This document shows positions 50,865 to 63,220 of a DNA stretch of 64,000 nucleotides, piece by piece. Every line of letters starts with the position of its first letter. Position 1 is the stretch's first letter. The position numbers were made by a program, and so were the translations under genes. The stretch spans positions 8,035 to 72,034 of the forward strand of contig CAVTCV010000023.1 in NCBI GenBank assembly GCA_963733315.1, written 5' to 3'. Under the pieces are notes generated by a model. That model had not been told where the DNA came from, did no database searches, and was given only the letters and a program-made list of their open reading frames with translations. The stretch comes from an uncultured Alphaproteobacteria bacterium. Its GTDB lineage: Bacteria > Pseudomonadota > Alphaproteobacteria > Rhizobiales > Xanthobacteraceae.

Positions 50865-51513
50865 ATGACCGATTTTGCAGCCGCGCGCCGCCATATGGTG
50901 GACGGTCAGATCCGCACCACCGACGTCACCGATCTGCGGGTGATTTCCGCCATGCTGGAGGTTCCGCGCGAGCGGTTCATGCCGCCGGCCTCGACAGCGC
51001 TCGCCTATCTCGATCTTGACGTGCCGGTAGGCGGCGTCCCGGCGGCTGCTGCGGCCGATGGTGCTCGCCAAGCTGATTCAGGCCGCCGAAATGGAGGCCA
51101 CCGACCGCGTGCTCGATGTCGGCTGCGCCACCGGATATGGCGCCGCCTTGCTCGGCCGCATCGCCGGCCAGGTGGTCGCGCTCGAACAGGATACCGGCCT
51201 CGCCAAGGCGGCCGGCGATTCGTTGTTGTCGCAGCCCAATGTCAACGTGGTCACCGGCACGCTCGCCGATGGCTGGGCGCAAAGCGCGCCCTACGATGTG
51301 GTGGTACTGGAGGGCGCCACCGAGGTCGTGCCGCATGCGCTGTGCCAGCAGCTCAAGAACGGCGGCCGGCTGGTCTGCGTGCTCGGCTCGGGTCCCGGCT
51401 CCAAGGCCATGCTGTATGCCCGCAGCAGCGGGGAGGTCGGCGGCCGCCCGGTGTTCGATGCCGCGGCGGCGCTGCTGCCGGGCTTCGCGGAAACGCCCGT
51501 TTTTGCATTCTAG
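50865..51513 (+). CDS. pcm: Protein-L-isoaspartate O-methyltransferase (frameshifted)
   Basis: ARRHMVDGQIR, VPRERF, LDVGCATGY, APYDV. Confidence 0.88.
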
Positions 51514-51683
51514 ACGCCGGCCGCCGGTTCCAAACGTGGCGGAAAATCCCCAGCCGCCGGCTTTTAAGTGGGCGGCGGCGCGTCAGGGGGTTTTAACGGT
51601 ACGCCGGGGCGAATAAGGTTCCCGGTTCATTGGTGTCGTTTGACAGGGTGCCATGCGCCGGTCGCGTATCTGATTGGGTTGGG

Positions 51684-53115
51684 ATGTTGCACGGGGTCTC
51701 GAAGCATTTTGGTTCGAGCGGAGTTGCGGCCGGGGTGGCCGCCTGCGCGGCGTTGCCGTTGTCGGGTTCGCCGGCGCGCGGCCAAACGCTCGAATCGGCG
51801 CTGATGCAGGCCTACCAGAATAATCCCTCGCTCAATTCGCAGCGCGCCGCCACGCGCGCCATCGACGAAGGCGTGCCGCAGGCGCTGTCCGGCTATCGGC
51901 CGAAGGTTACCGTCACCGGCGTCGGCGGCGAGCAGACCTCGTCGACGACGGCGAAGCCAGTGTCGGCCGGGGTGGGGACCTACAGCACGCTCGCGCGGCT
52001 ACAACTCGCCGGCGCAGATCGGCGCCACCATCACGCAGACGCTCTACAACGGCTTCCAGACCGCCAACAAAACGCGCCAGGCCGAAAGCGCGGTGCTGGC
52101 CGCGCGCGCGACGCTGCGCGTCACCGAGCAGACCGTGCTGCTGAACGCGGCGACCGCCTATATGAATCTGCTGCGCGACAGCGCCATCCTCGATCTGCAG
52201 CGGCGCAACGTCGAAGTGCTGCAGGAGCAGCTGCGGCAGACGCGCGACCGCTTCAATGTCGGCGAGGTGACGCGCACCGACGTGGCGCAGGCGGAAGTCG
52301 AGCCTGGCCGCCGGCCGTTCGCAGGTTCTGCTCGCCGAAGCCAATTACACCGCCTCGCTCGCGACCTATCGGCAGGTGATCGGCAGCGCAGCCCGGCAAG
52401 CTGTCGCCGGCCACGCCGGTCGACCGCTTCTCGCCGCAAAATCTGCCGGGCGCGATCGCCACGGGCACCGCCACCAATCCGGCGGTCACCACCGCCGAAT
52501 ACAATGTCGACGTGGCGCTGCAGGCGGTGAAAGTGGCCGAAGGCGCGCTCTATCCGACGGTCTCGGTGCAGGGCAGCTTCACGCAGAACTGGCTGAGCCA
52601 GCAGAGCCTCAGCGTCATGAACACCTACAACGCCTCGGTGCTGGGCACGCTGAGCGTGCCGATCTATCAGGGCGGCGCCGAATACTCCCTGATCCGGCAA
52701 AGCCAAGGAAACGCTCGGGCAGAAGCGGCTCGACCTCGACACCGCGCGCGACACCGTGCGCCAGAACGTGGTGCAGGCCTGGGGCCAGCTCGAGGCGGCG
52801 AAGGCGAATATCGACGCCACGCAGGCCCAGGTGCAGGCCGCCGAGATCGCGCTCAACGGCATGCGCGAGGAGGCCCGCGTCGGCCAGCGCACCACCTTCG
52901 ACGTCTTGACGGCGCAGCAGACTCTGGTGAATGCGCGGGTCGCGCTGGTGACCGCGCAGCACGACCGGGTGGTGGCATCGTACACTCTGCTGTCGGCGGT
53001 CGGCCGGCTGTCGCCGCAGGTGCTGGGTTTGCGGGTTCCGACCTACGACGCCACCGTCCACTACAAGCAGGTGCGCGACAGCTGGGCGGGCGTGCGCACG
53101 CCGGACGGACGCTGA
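51684..53115 (+). CDS. TolC family outer membrane protein (several frameshifts)
   Basis: AYQNNPSL, RFNVGEVTRTDVAQA, VPIYQGG, GQRTTFDVL; pcm-tolC-popZ synteny. Confidence 0.9.
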
Positions 53116-53294
53116 CCGCGGCGAGCCCGGCCACGCAGTGTCCACAGGTCATTGCGAAAGGCCGAATTTCGGCCTGCCACACCTCCATGCCGCTGGCGTA
53201 TAAAAGAGACTCAGGCGACGATTCGCTCAGGTCTGACGCCGCTCGGGCGTATCGGCGAGCAGGGAGTGCGACAGCTGCGGTCGGGAATGCAGGA

Positions 53295-53993
53295 ATGACG
53301 CAAACGGCTAAGGTCCAAGAGCCCTCGATGGAGGAAATCCTGGCCTCGATCCGGCGCATTATTGCCGACGACGATGCCAGCAAGACGGTGGCCAAGCCGG
53401 CGCCCAAGCCGCCGGAGCCCGCCGCGACCGTGCGCCGCCGCCGGCACCGCTGCCGCCGGCGCCGCCGCCGCAAGTGGCCGCCAACAGCCAGGATGAAATC
53501 GACGCCATGCTCGCCAAGCTCGACATCCGGGCAGCCGAGCCGCCGGCGTCCGACGTGCTCGACCTGACCGAGGCGATGGCTGCGCCAGCCAGCCCGAGTC
53601 GAATGCTGGCGGCGACCTTCCGCACCATCGACGCCTCGTCGGATGTCGTGTTCACCGAACGGCCGCTGGACCGACCGCCCGAGCTGGCGCTGCGCATCAT
53701 CGACGAGCCGCGGCGGCGGCCGCGCCACCGCCGCCACCGATGCCGGTCCCAGCGCCGCCGGCGGCGCGATCGAAGCCGACGGCCGTTGATCTCGGCAGGC
53801 GACCGTTGCCGCGGTCGACAGCGCGTTCAACTCGCTGGCGCATACCTTGATCGGCCAGAACGCGCGCACGCTCGAGGACATGGTGAAGGAGATGCTGCGC
53901 CCGCTGCTCAAGTCGTGGCTCGACGACAATCTGCCGGGCGTGGTCGACCGCATCGTGCGCGCCGAGATCGAACGCGTCTCGCGCGGGCGCTAG
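53295..53993 (+). CDS. popZ: Polar organizing protein PopZ (frameshifted)
   Basis: EPSMEEILASIRRII N-terminus, DVLDLT, TLEDMVKEMLRPLLKSWLDDNLP C-terminus. Confidence 0.9.
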
Positions 53994-55212
53994 TCCAGCT
54001 CGCTGCGGCGCGGCGCTTGAGCAGGCGCGCGAAGACAAGACCCAACAGCAACAGCACGAGCGCCGCGCCGAGGAAGAGCGGCACCGCGGTGAAGCGGTCG
54101 AACACGACGCCGCCCAAGGCGACGGCCGCGGTCTGCCCGAGATAAAGCGAGGCGGAGAACACCGACACCGCGGTGCCGCGCGCTTCCGGCGACATTTGCG
54201 TGGCGTTGGTCTGCAGCGTGTTGTGCAGCATGTAGAAGCCGAGCCCGATGGCCATGATGGCGATGGGCGCGATCCAGTAATGCGGCTCGAAAGCGAGCGC
54301 GACATAGGCGATCGCAAGCAAGCGCCCCGCCGCCGGCCGCAAGCCCGGTCTTGGCCGAACCTGTCGAACAGCACGCGCACGCTCAAACTGTAGGTCAGGC
54401 CGCCGATGGCGAAGGCGCCGACGAACAGGCCGACCAGCGTAAAGCTGACGCCGAAACGTAAGTGCAGATCGGCGCCGACATAAGTGAAGGCGCCGAACAT
54501 GGCGCCGAACTCGATGAAGGCAATGACGATGATGGTCAGCGCCCAGGGCGAGCGCAGCACCACACGTATAGTCGGCGATAAAGCCGCGGCCCGGCTGCGC
54601 CGTCGGGTGGCTCGCATGCGTGATCGGATTGCGCCACAGCTCGTAGAACAGGCCGAGCGTGGCGGCCGCGAGCAGCGCGGCGAGAATGAAGAACACGTTG
54701 CGCCAGCCGAACAGCGTCGCCGAGCACGCCGCTCGCGGCCTGGCCGAACAATTGCCCGAGGATCTGCCCGGACAGGAAGCGGCCGAGCACCTGCTGGCGG
54801 CGCGCGTAGGGGATGATGTCGCCGATGAAGGCGAAGGCGAGCGGAATGATCCAGCCGGTGGCGAGCCCGCTGCCGAGCCGCGCCGCCACCAGGAGCGGCA
54901 ACGACGATGCCAGCCCGCACAGCGCCACCATGACCGAGGCGGCGGCGGCGGCGAGCGCGACGCAGAGGTATTTGCCGAAGCGGTCGCCGATCGGGCCGAT
55001 CACCAATTGCACCGAGCCGTGCGCCAGCAGATAGACGGTGACGACGATCGAGGTCGCGCCCACGGTCACGTTGAGGTCGGCGGCGATCTGCGGCAGCAGC
55101 GAATCGGTCGAGCGCACCATGGCCTGTGCGGCAAAGCCGGCGACGGCCAGCAGCAGGATGGCGCTGGTGGCGCTGCCGCGCGATGGAGCTGGATTTCGGC
55201 AAAAGTTGACAC
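53990..55212 (-). CDS. MFS transporter (frameshifted; ends approximate)
   Basis: GPIGDRFGK motif A, MLHNTLQ, ARGTAVS; multiple TM helices. Confidence 0.85.
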
Positions 55213-55258
55213 TCGGTGCGTGGCGGGCTTTCTAACCGCGCCAGTGTGAACAAGCAAG

Positions 55259-58062
55259 ATGACGATGATCGATAAGACCTATCAGCCCTCGGAGGTCGAG
55301 GGCCGCATCTACCGGACCTGGGAGCAGGCCGGCGCCTTCAAGGCCGGCCGGCCCGAGCGCGCGGGCGCGCCCGCGTACTCTATCGTCATTCCGCCGCCCA
55401 ACGTCACCGGCTCATTGCATATGGGCCATGCGCTCAACAACACGCTGCAGGACATTCTCTGCCGCTTCGAGCGCATGCGCGGCAAGGACGTGCTGTGGCA
55501 GCCGGGCACCGATCATGCCGGCATCGCCACGCAGATGGTGGTCGAGCGGCAATTGATGGAGCGGCAGCAGCCCGGGCGGCGCGAGATGGGGCGCGAGGCG
55601 TTCTTGAAGCGCGTGTGGGAGTGGAAGGCGGAGAGTCGGGCGGCACCATCGTCAATCAGCTCAAGCGGCTCGGCGCATCCTGCGACTGGTCGCGCGAGCG
55701 CTTCACCATGGACGAGGGGCTGTCGCGCGCGGTGCTCAAAGTTTTCGTCGAGCTTTACCGCGAAGGCCTCATCTACAAGGACAAGCGGCTGGTCAACTGG
55801 GACCCGAAGCTGCTCACCGCGATCTCCGATCTCGAAGTGGTGCAGGTCGAGACCAAGGGCCACCTGTGGCACCTGCGCTATCCGATCGAAGGCAAGACAT
55901 TCAATCCCGAACGACCCGTCGACTTACATCGTCGTCGCCACCACGCGGCCGGAGACCATGCTGGGCGACACCGCGGTGGCGGTGCATCCGGACGACGAGC
56001 GCTACAAGGCGCTGGTCGGCAAGAACGTGATCCTGCCGCTGGTCGGGCGCAAGATTCCGATCATCGCCGACGAGTATTCCGATCCGGAGAAGGGCTCGGG
56101 CGCGGTGAAGATCACCCCGGCGCACGACTTCAACGATTTCGAAGTCGGCAAGCGGCATGGGCTGCCGCAAGTAAATATGCTTGACGACGGAGGCAAAGAT
56201 CACCTTCGCCGACTGAGGCATTTCAATGCGCAGAGCGGCGCGGAATTCGCTGCGAGAACAAAAACGCTCGCAGAGGCAAGATCGCGTCGAAGAAGCGCGC
56301 AAGGCAGATCGTCGCGCGTCTGGAAGAAAAAGGTCTGGTCGAAAAGATCGAGCCGCATACCAATGCCGTGCCGCATGGCGACCGCTCGAACGTGGTGATC
56401 GAGCCGTTTCTCACCGACCAGTGGTACGTCAACGCCAAGGAACTGGCGAAGCCGGCGATTGCCGCCGTGCGCGAGGGCAAGACCAAGTTCATCCCGAAGA
56501 ATTGGGAAACGACCTACTTCAACTGGATGGAAAATATCCAGCCCTGGTGCATCTCGCGCCAGCTCTGGTGGGGCCATCAAATTCCGGCGTGGTATGGTTC
56601 AAACGGACGGCAAAGTGGTATTCGTCGACCGAGTCAAGATCGAGTTGCGCGCAATGCAGAAGAGGCGACGCGCGAACTAAAAGCACGTTATCTTGTGGAC
56701 AAGAAGCGTCGATCACTATGCCGCTCGATGGACCTATGCATCTGGCGCGACGAGGACGTGCTCGACACCTGGTTCTCCTCGGCGCTGTGGCCGTTCTCGA
56801 CGCTCGGCTGGCCGGACGAGACGCCCGAATTGAAGCGCTACTATCCGACCACGACGCTGGTCACCGGCTTCGACATCATCTTCTTCTGGGTCGCCCGCAT
56901 GATGATGATGGGGCTGCACTTCATGAAGGATGTGCCGTTCCACGACGTCTACATCCACCGCCTGGTGCGCGACGCCTCCGGCGCCAAGATGTCGAAGTCG
57001 AAAGGCAATGTCGTCGATCCGCTCGGCGTCATCGACGAGTTCGGCGCCGACGCGCTGCGCTTTACCTTGGCGCGCAACGTCGCGCCCGGCCACGACATCA
57101 GGCTCGGGCCGCAGGACGTCGAGAACAACCGCAATTTCGCGACCAAGCTGTGGAACGCGGCGCGCTTTGTCGAATTCAACGGCGCGGCAAGCGCGTCGAG
57201 GGCTTCGATCCGAAATCCGCGAAAGAAACGCTCAACCGCTGGATCGCGCACGAAACGGCGAAGGCCGCCGCCGAGATCACGCGGTCGATCGAAACCTACG
57301 GCTTCAGCGAGGCCGCCGGTGCCGCCTATCGCTTCGTCTGGAACGTCTATTGCGACTGGTATGTCGAACTGTCGAAGCCGCTCTTGACCGGCCCCGACGG
57401 CGCGGCCAAGGACGAGACGCGCGCCATGGCGGCCTGGGCGCTCGATGAAATCCTCAAGCTGCTGCATCCGTTCATGCCGTTCATCACCGAGGAATTGTGG
57501 GCGGTGACGGCGGAGCAGGGGCCGAAGCGTTCTAGCCTGCTGGCGCTCCGCGAATGGCCGAAGCTCGAAGGCCTTGCCGATGACAAGGCCGAAGCCGAAA
57601 TCGGCTGGGTGATCGATCTCGTTACCGCAATCCGGTCGGTGCGCGCCGAAATGAGCATCACTGCGGCGATCCCTGTCGTGCTGGTCGGCGCTTCCGCGCG
57701 AAACGCAAGCGCGCGCAAACCGGTGGGCGGAATTCCTCAAACCGCTCGCCCGCGTGTCGGAGATTTCGTCGGCCGACGGCGCGCCGGCAGGGCTCGGTGC
57801 AACTCGTCGTGCGCGGCGAGGTCGCCGCGCTGCCGCTCAAGGGTGTCATCGATCTTGCCGCCGAGCGCGCGCGGCTCGCCAAGGAAATGCAGAAAGCCGA
57901 CGCCGACATCGGCCGCGTCGACGCCAAGCTCGAACAACCCGAAGTTCATGGACGCGCGCGCCGGAAGAGGTGGTCGAGGAGGAAAAGGAAAAGCGCGAGG
58001 AGGCGGTCGCGCGCAAGGCCAAGATCGCCGAGGCGCTGGAGCGGCTCAAGAACGCATCGTGA
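55259..58062 (+). CDS. valS: Valyl-tRNA synthetase (multiple frameshifts)
   Basis: [44 protein letters not shown]-terminal coiled coil. Confidence 0.96.
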
Positions 58063-58118
58063 CCTTGACAGCGCCGGTCGCTGGCGCAGTATCCACTGGA
58101 AATATCGGGGGGATTGGT

Positions 58119-58882
58119 ATGCGGGGCGTAATTTCCGGCATCGTGCCCGATGGAACTTACGGGCAGATCGCGGCCGAGGATGGCCAGCGCTACAGCTATT
58201 GGTCCAGCGAGGTTCGCAACGGCCAGGTGAAGGTCGGGCAGACCGTCGAATTCCAGATGTGGGAAGGCCAGCCGGTCGACATTTTCGGCGTCAACAATCC
58301 GCCGCCGCCGAATGCTGCACCGCCGCAACGCGCCGCCGTGCCGCAGCAGCGAGTCTTACGCGCCGGCCGGGCGGGCCTAGCCATGCCGCCGCGCCGCGAA
58401 TGGCGCTGCGCGGCAGGCCTATGCCGACGCCATCGGCGGCGCCGGTGCGATCCCGTCGTCGCGCGACTATTGGATCAAGCTGTTCACCTCGCCGTCGGGG
58501 CGCATCTCGCGCAAGCAATTCTGGCTGCACGGCGTGCTGCCGATCGTCATCGGCAACATCGTGCTCGGCTGGATTCCGATCCTCGGCCAGTTGATCTCGT
58601 TGTTGCTGCTTTGGGCCAGCATCTGCATTGGCTTCAAGCGCTTCCACGATCTCGGCTATCCGGGCTGGTGGAGCCTTGTCTATCTCATCCCGATGCTGGC
58701 TGCCGGCGTCCTCCTGGGCCTCGGCTTCTATCGTGTACAATTTTGCGAGCCTGTTCTGGCTGCTTGCGGAAATTCTGTTCGGCATCGGCGCTTTGATCGG
58801 CCTCGCGCAATTGATCTTCGTCTATATCCGCGTCGGCCAAGAAGGGCCGAACCAATACGGGCCCGATCCGCTGGCGGTCTAG
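58119..58882 (+). CDS. Cold-shock/OB-like domain fused to DUF805 membrane domain (frameshifted)
   Basis: MRGVISG...YGQIAAEDGQRY...VGQTVEF; Pro-rich linker; GRISRKQFW, KRFHDLG, GPNQYGPDP. Confidence 0.75.
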
Positions 58883-58885
58883 ACT

Positions 58886-58982
58886 TGTCGCTCTCCCGGC
58901 CAGGCGAGCGCGAGCCGGGAGCCATACTCCGTGTACAATCGGTAGCGCAGGGACTATAGGTCCCCGCATGCGTGGGGACGAC
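58886..58982. repeat. Degenerate palindromic intergenic element
   Basis: CTCCCGGC...GCCGGGAG and GTCCCCGCATGCGTGGGGAC hairpins. Confidence 0.5.
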
Positions 58983-58984
58983 GC

Positions 58985-59943
58985 ATGATGATCGATCCCA
59001 ACAATCGCCCGGGCGGACCGAAGCTGGTCGCTCACCGCCAAGAGCGCCAACAAGGTGCAGTTCTTCGACGCGGCGACGCTGGCCAAGACCGGCGAGATCG
59101 ACATGCCGGCCTCCACGCACGAGATGATCCGCTCGCTCGACGGCGGCAAGATTTATGCCTCGGTCTATGGCGGTGGCATTTTCGGCAAGAACAAGGACCC
59201 CGACCGCCGCATCGCGGTGATCGACCTCGCGTCGAAAACGCTCGAGCGCACCATCGACGTCGGCGAGGCCGTCGCGCCGCATTCGGTGATGATGGATGCG
59301 AGCGGCACGCTGTGGTCGAGCGCCGAACTCGGCAATGCGGTGCTGGCGATCGATCCGCGACCGGCAAGGTGGAGCGCATCGCGCTCGGCGGCTCGCCGCA
59401 TTGGATCGCCGTCAGCCATGCGACCGGAAAACTGTTCGCCTCGTTCAAGACCAAGGAGGCGGTGGCGGTGGTCGACATCGCCGCGCGCCGCATGATCGGC
59501 ACCATCGCGATCCCGCACGGCGCCGAAGGCATCGCGGTCTCGCCCGACGGCTGGGCGCTGTTCGTCTGCGCGCACCGCAAGGGCGTGCGTGCACGTGTTC
59601 GATACGCGCACGCTCGCGCTGCACCGCACGCTCGCGATCGACGGCGCGCCGGGCGAGGCCAACCAGCTCCGCCGCGTGCGCGTGTCGCCGGACGGGCGTT
59701 ATGTCTGCGTCGTCGTCGCACGTCGACAACTACGCCGCCATCTACGACGCCTTCAAGTTCGACCAGATCGCGGGTTTCCCGACGCCGAAGGCGCCGATGG
59801 GCTTCGGCTTTGCCGCCGACGGCCAGCACGCCTTCCTGTGCTGCCACGACGCCGCGGTCACGCTGGAATTCGAATTGTCGCGTGGCCGCGTCACGCGGCA
59901 ATTCGAGACCGCGGCGGGCTGCGAGTTCATCATCGCTTATTGA
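58985..59943 (+). CDS. YncE/YVTN-like beta-propeller protein (frameshifted)
   Basis: Repeated blades (THEMIRSLDG, PHWIAVS, AEGIAVSPDG, PMGFGFAADG). Confidence 0.75.
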
Positions 59944-59953
59944 GCGCAGAAAC

Positions 59954-60676
59954 GTGAAAATACTTTTGGCGGGAGCAGGCGGGGCGATCGGGCGGCGGTT
60001 GGTGCCGCTGTTGCGCGCGGCCGGCCATGACGTCGTCGGCACCACGCGTTCCGCCGATAAGACGGCCGCACTGCGCGCGCTCGGCGCCGAGCCGGCGGTG
60101 GTCGATGTGTTCGATGCTGCGGCGCTGACGCGCATCGTCCAGGCTGCGCTGCCGCAGGTCGTCATCCATCAACTCACCGATCTGCCTTACGCGCCCAATA
60201 CGCCGGCTACGAAGAGGGGCTCGATCGCAACGCCCGCCTGCGCATCGATGGTACGCGCAATCTGGTGGCCGCCGCCAAGAAGGCGCGGCGTGCGCCGTTT
60301 GATTGCGCAAAGCATTGCCTTCGTCTATGCGCCGGGCGACGGCATGCGCGTGGAAAGCGATCCGCTCGATCTTGCCGCGACCGGTGTGCGCAAACGCACG
60401 GTGGACGGCGTTGTGGCGTTGGAAGACGCGACCCTGCAAATGCCGGAAGGCATCGTGCTGCGTTACGGCCTGCTCTTCGGCCCGGGCACATGGTTCGAGC
60501 GCGAGAAGCGCGGCAAGCCCGGGTTGCATGTCGATGCTGCGGCGCAGGCCGCGGTGCTTGCCGTCAGCAAAGGCGCGCGCGGCATCTACAACATCGCCGA
60601 AGACGACGGCGCGGTTTCGAGCGAGAAAGCCAAGCGCGAACTCGGCTTCGACGCCTCATTTCGCATCAAGCCTTGA
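59954..60676 (+). CDS. NAD-dependent epimerase/dehydratase (frameshifted)
   Basis: GAGGAIG Rossmann motif, [22 protein letters not shown]. Confidence 0.85.
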   Translation: MKILLAGAGGAIGRRLVPLLRAAGHDVVGTTRSADKTAALRALGAEPAVVDVFDAAALTRIVQAALPQVVIHQLTDLPYAPNTPATKRGSIATPACASMVRAIWWPPPRRRGVRRLIAQSIAFVYAPGDGMRVESDPLDLAATGVRKRTVDGVVALEDATLQMPEGIVLRYGLLFGPGTWFEREKRGKPGLHVDAAAQAAVLAVSKGARGIYNIAEDDGAVSSEKAKRELGFDASFRIKP

Positions 60677-61243
60677 ACGGTTTGCTCAAATACCGCGAGC
60701 CCTTCAGCCCGAAGCGCCACGGGTGCTCGACCGCTTTGGTAATTCCAATGCGAACGCCGACCGCAATCTCTGGCGTCCCCTGCCGCGCGCCGCAATTCGA
60801 ACGGCGGCCGGTCGAGCGGCAAGCCGTTGTGGCGGTGGGTGACGCCGAGCGCCTCGCATAATTTGCCTGGCCCGGAGCAGAGCGCCCGCTCGTCCGTCAG
60901 GCCGCGTCTTCGCCGCATTGCAGCAATTCCGGCGAGCGGCTCCAGCGCCCGGATCAGCACGGCGCTGGCGCTGCCTTCCGCCTCGCAGACGAAGTTGAGG
61001 CACCAGTGGATGCCGTAGGAGCGGTAGACATAGGCATAGCCGGCCGGGCCGAACATGACCGCATTGCGGTCGGTGCGGCCGATGTAGGAATGCGCGGCCG
61101 GCTCGGTGTGGTGATAGGCCTCGACCTCCACGATCTGCCCGCCGGCTCCGTTAACCAGAAGGGTGGCGCCGATCAGTTCGGGCGCGACGTCTGAGCACCG
61201 GCCGGTCGAAGAAACTTCGCCGCAGCTTTGGGGGCAGGGGCAT
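60666..61243 (-). CDS. DNA-3-methyladenine glycosylase, MPG type (frameshifted)
   Basis: [39 protein letters not shown]...PWRF. Confidence 0.9.
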
Positions 61244-61477
61244 TGCGCGTGCGGGGCTGTGGCTAAGCTGCAACACGTTTAGAACATTTAAGCTTTACGC
61301 GCTGCATCATCCCCGTCGCGCCGCGATTTGGCCATACCCTTCCACGACATCGAAGGACGCCGGGCGGCGGCACAAACCGTTGCAGGGCTTTAAGGTTTTA
61401 GCGCCGGGCCGGGGGGCCTCGGAATAAGCCGGATCGAATCCGGCGGCAATGATTGGGGCGGGGGGCACGACAAGGTT

Positions 61478-63220
61478 ATGGACGCCAAACTCGATAAAAA
61501 GAGCAACCTGAAAGCCAAGCTGCCGAGCCGGCACGCCACCGAGGGGCCGGATCGCGCGCCGCATCGCGCGTTCTATTACGCGATGGGGCTTTCGGCCGAG
61601 CAGATCCACCAGCCCTTCGTCGGCGTCGCCACCTGCTGGAACGAGGCCGCGCCCTGCAATATCGCGCTGATGCGCCAGGCGCAGGCGGTGAAGAAGGGCG
61701 TTGCCGCGGTCGGCGGCACGCCGCGCGAATTCTGCACCATCACCGTCACCGACGGCATCGCCATGGGCCATGCCGGCATGAAGGCCTCGCTGCCGTCGCG
61801 CGAGGTGATCGCGGATTCGGTCGAGCTCACCATGCGCGGCCACGCCTATGACGCGCTGATCGGCGTCGCCGGCTGCGACAAGTCGCAGCCCGGCATGATG
61901 ATGGCGATGTGCCGGCTCAACGTGCCGTCGATCTACATCTATGGCGGCTCGATCCTGCCCGGAAAGTTCAAGGGCAGGGACGTCACCGTCCAGGACGTCT
62001 ACGAGGCGGTCGGCAAGCATTCGGTCGGGCAGATGTCGGACGAGGATCTGCAGACGCTCGAAGAGAACGCCTGTCCTTCGGCCGGCGCCTGCGGCGCGCA
62101 GTTCACCGCCAACACCATGGCGACCGTGTCCGAGGCGATCGGCCTGGCGCTGCCCTATTCGGCCGGCGCGCCGGCGCCCTACGAGATGCGCGACAAGCTC
62201 TGCACGCTGGCCGGCGAGATGATCATGGACCTGATCGTCAAGAACATCCGCCCGCGCGACATCGTCACCCGCAAGGCGCTGGAGAATGCCGCCGCCGTGG
62301 TCGCGGCCACCGGCGGTTCCACCAATGCCGCGCTGCATCTGCCGGCGATCGCGCATGAATGCGGCATCGAGTTCGACCTGTTCGACGTCGCGGAAATCTT
62401 CAAAAAGACACCGTATATCGCGGATTTGAAACCGGGCGGCCGTTATGTCGCCAAGGATATGTTCGAAGCTGGCGGCGTGCCGCAATCTGATGAAGACGCT
62501 GCTCGACCACGGCTATCTGCACGGCGACTGCCTGACCGTCACCGGCCGCACGATCGCCGAGAACCTCAAAAGTGTGAAATGGAACCCGGACCAGGACGTG
62601 GTGCGTCCGGCCGACAAGCCGCTGCTGGCGACCGGCGGCGTGGTCGGCCTGAAAGGCAACCTCGCCCCGGAAGGCGCCATCGTGAAGGTTGCCGGCATGA
62701 CCGGCAGCCTGAAATTCACCGGCCCGGCGCGCTGCTTCGACGGCGAGGAAGCCTGCTTCGACGCGGTCAAGCACAAGAAATACAAGGAAGGCGACGTGCT
62801 GGTGATCCGTTACGAGGGACCGCGAGGCGGCCCCGGCATGCGCGAAATGCTCTCGACCACGGCCGCGCTCTACGGCCAGGGCATGGGCGACAAGGTCGCG
62901 CTGATCACCGACGGCCGCTTCTCCGGCGCCACGCGCGGCTTCTGCGTCGGCCATGTCGGGCCGGAGGCGGCGGTCGGCGGACCGATCGCGCTGATCCAGC
63001 GACGGCGACATCATCGAGCTCGATGCCGACAAGGGCACCATCAACGTCAAGCTTTCCGACGACGGAACTGGCCAAGCGCAAGGCGCAGTGGAAGCCGCGC
63101 GAGAGCGAATACGGCTCGGGCTATTTGTGGAAATACACCCAGCAGGTGGGGCCGGCCGTCAACGGCGCGGTCACCCATCCGGGCGGAGCGGGCGAGAAGG
63201 CGTGCTATGCGGATAGCTGA
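61478..63220 (+). CDS. ilvD: Dihydroxy-acid dehydratase (frameshifted)
   Basis: PCN, TDGIAMGH, GCDKS, GGSTNA, YEGPRGGPGMREM, TDGRFSG. Confidence 0.95.
   Translation: MDAKLDKKSNLKAKLPSRHATEGPDRAPHRAFYYAMGLSAEQIHQPFVGVATCWNEAAPCNIALMRQAQAVKKGVAAVGGTPREFCTITVTDGIAMGHAGMKASLPSREVIADSVELTMRGHAYDALIGVAGCDKSQPGMMMAMCRLNVPSIYIYGGSILPGKFKGRDVTVQDVYEAVGKHSVGQMSDEDLQTLEENACPSAGACGAQFTANTMATVSEAIGLALPYSAGAPAPYEMRDKLCTLAGEMIMDLIVKNIRPRDIVTRKALENAAAVVAATGGSTNAALHLPAIAHECGIEFDLFDVAEIFKKTPYIADLKPGGRYVAKDMFEAGGVPQSDEDAARPRLSARRLPDRHRPHDRREPQKCEMEPGPGRGASGRQAAAGDRRRGRPERQPRPGRRHREGCRHDRQPEIHRPGALLRRRGSLLRRGQAQEIQGRRRAGDPLRGTARRPRHARNALDHGRALRPGHGRQGRADHRRPLLRRHARLLRRPCRAGGGGRRTDRADPATATSSSSMPTRAPSTSSFPTTELAKRKAQWKPRESEYGSGYLWKYTQQVGPAVNGAVTHPGGAGEKACYADS

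Noticed and set aside
2350-63220. Frameshifts in many genes (helicase, hom, metC, aapQ, pncB, tolC, popZ, valS, ilvD, intron RT) as pseudogenisation or programmed frameshifting
   Set aside because: They hit essential genes in both segments, with no in-frame stops or decay; best explained as uncorrected long-read indels.
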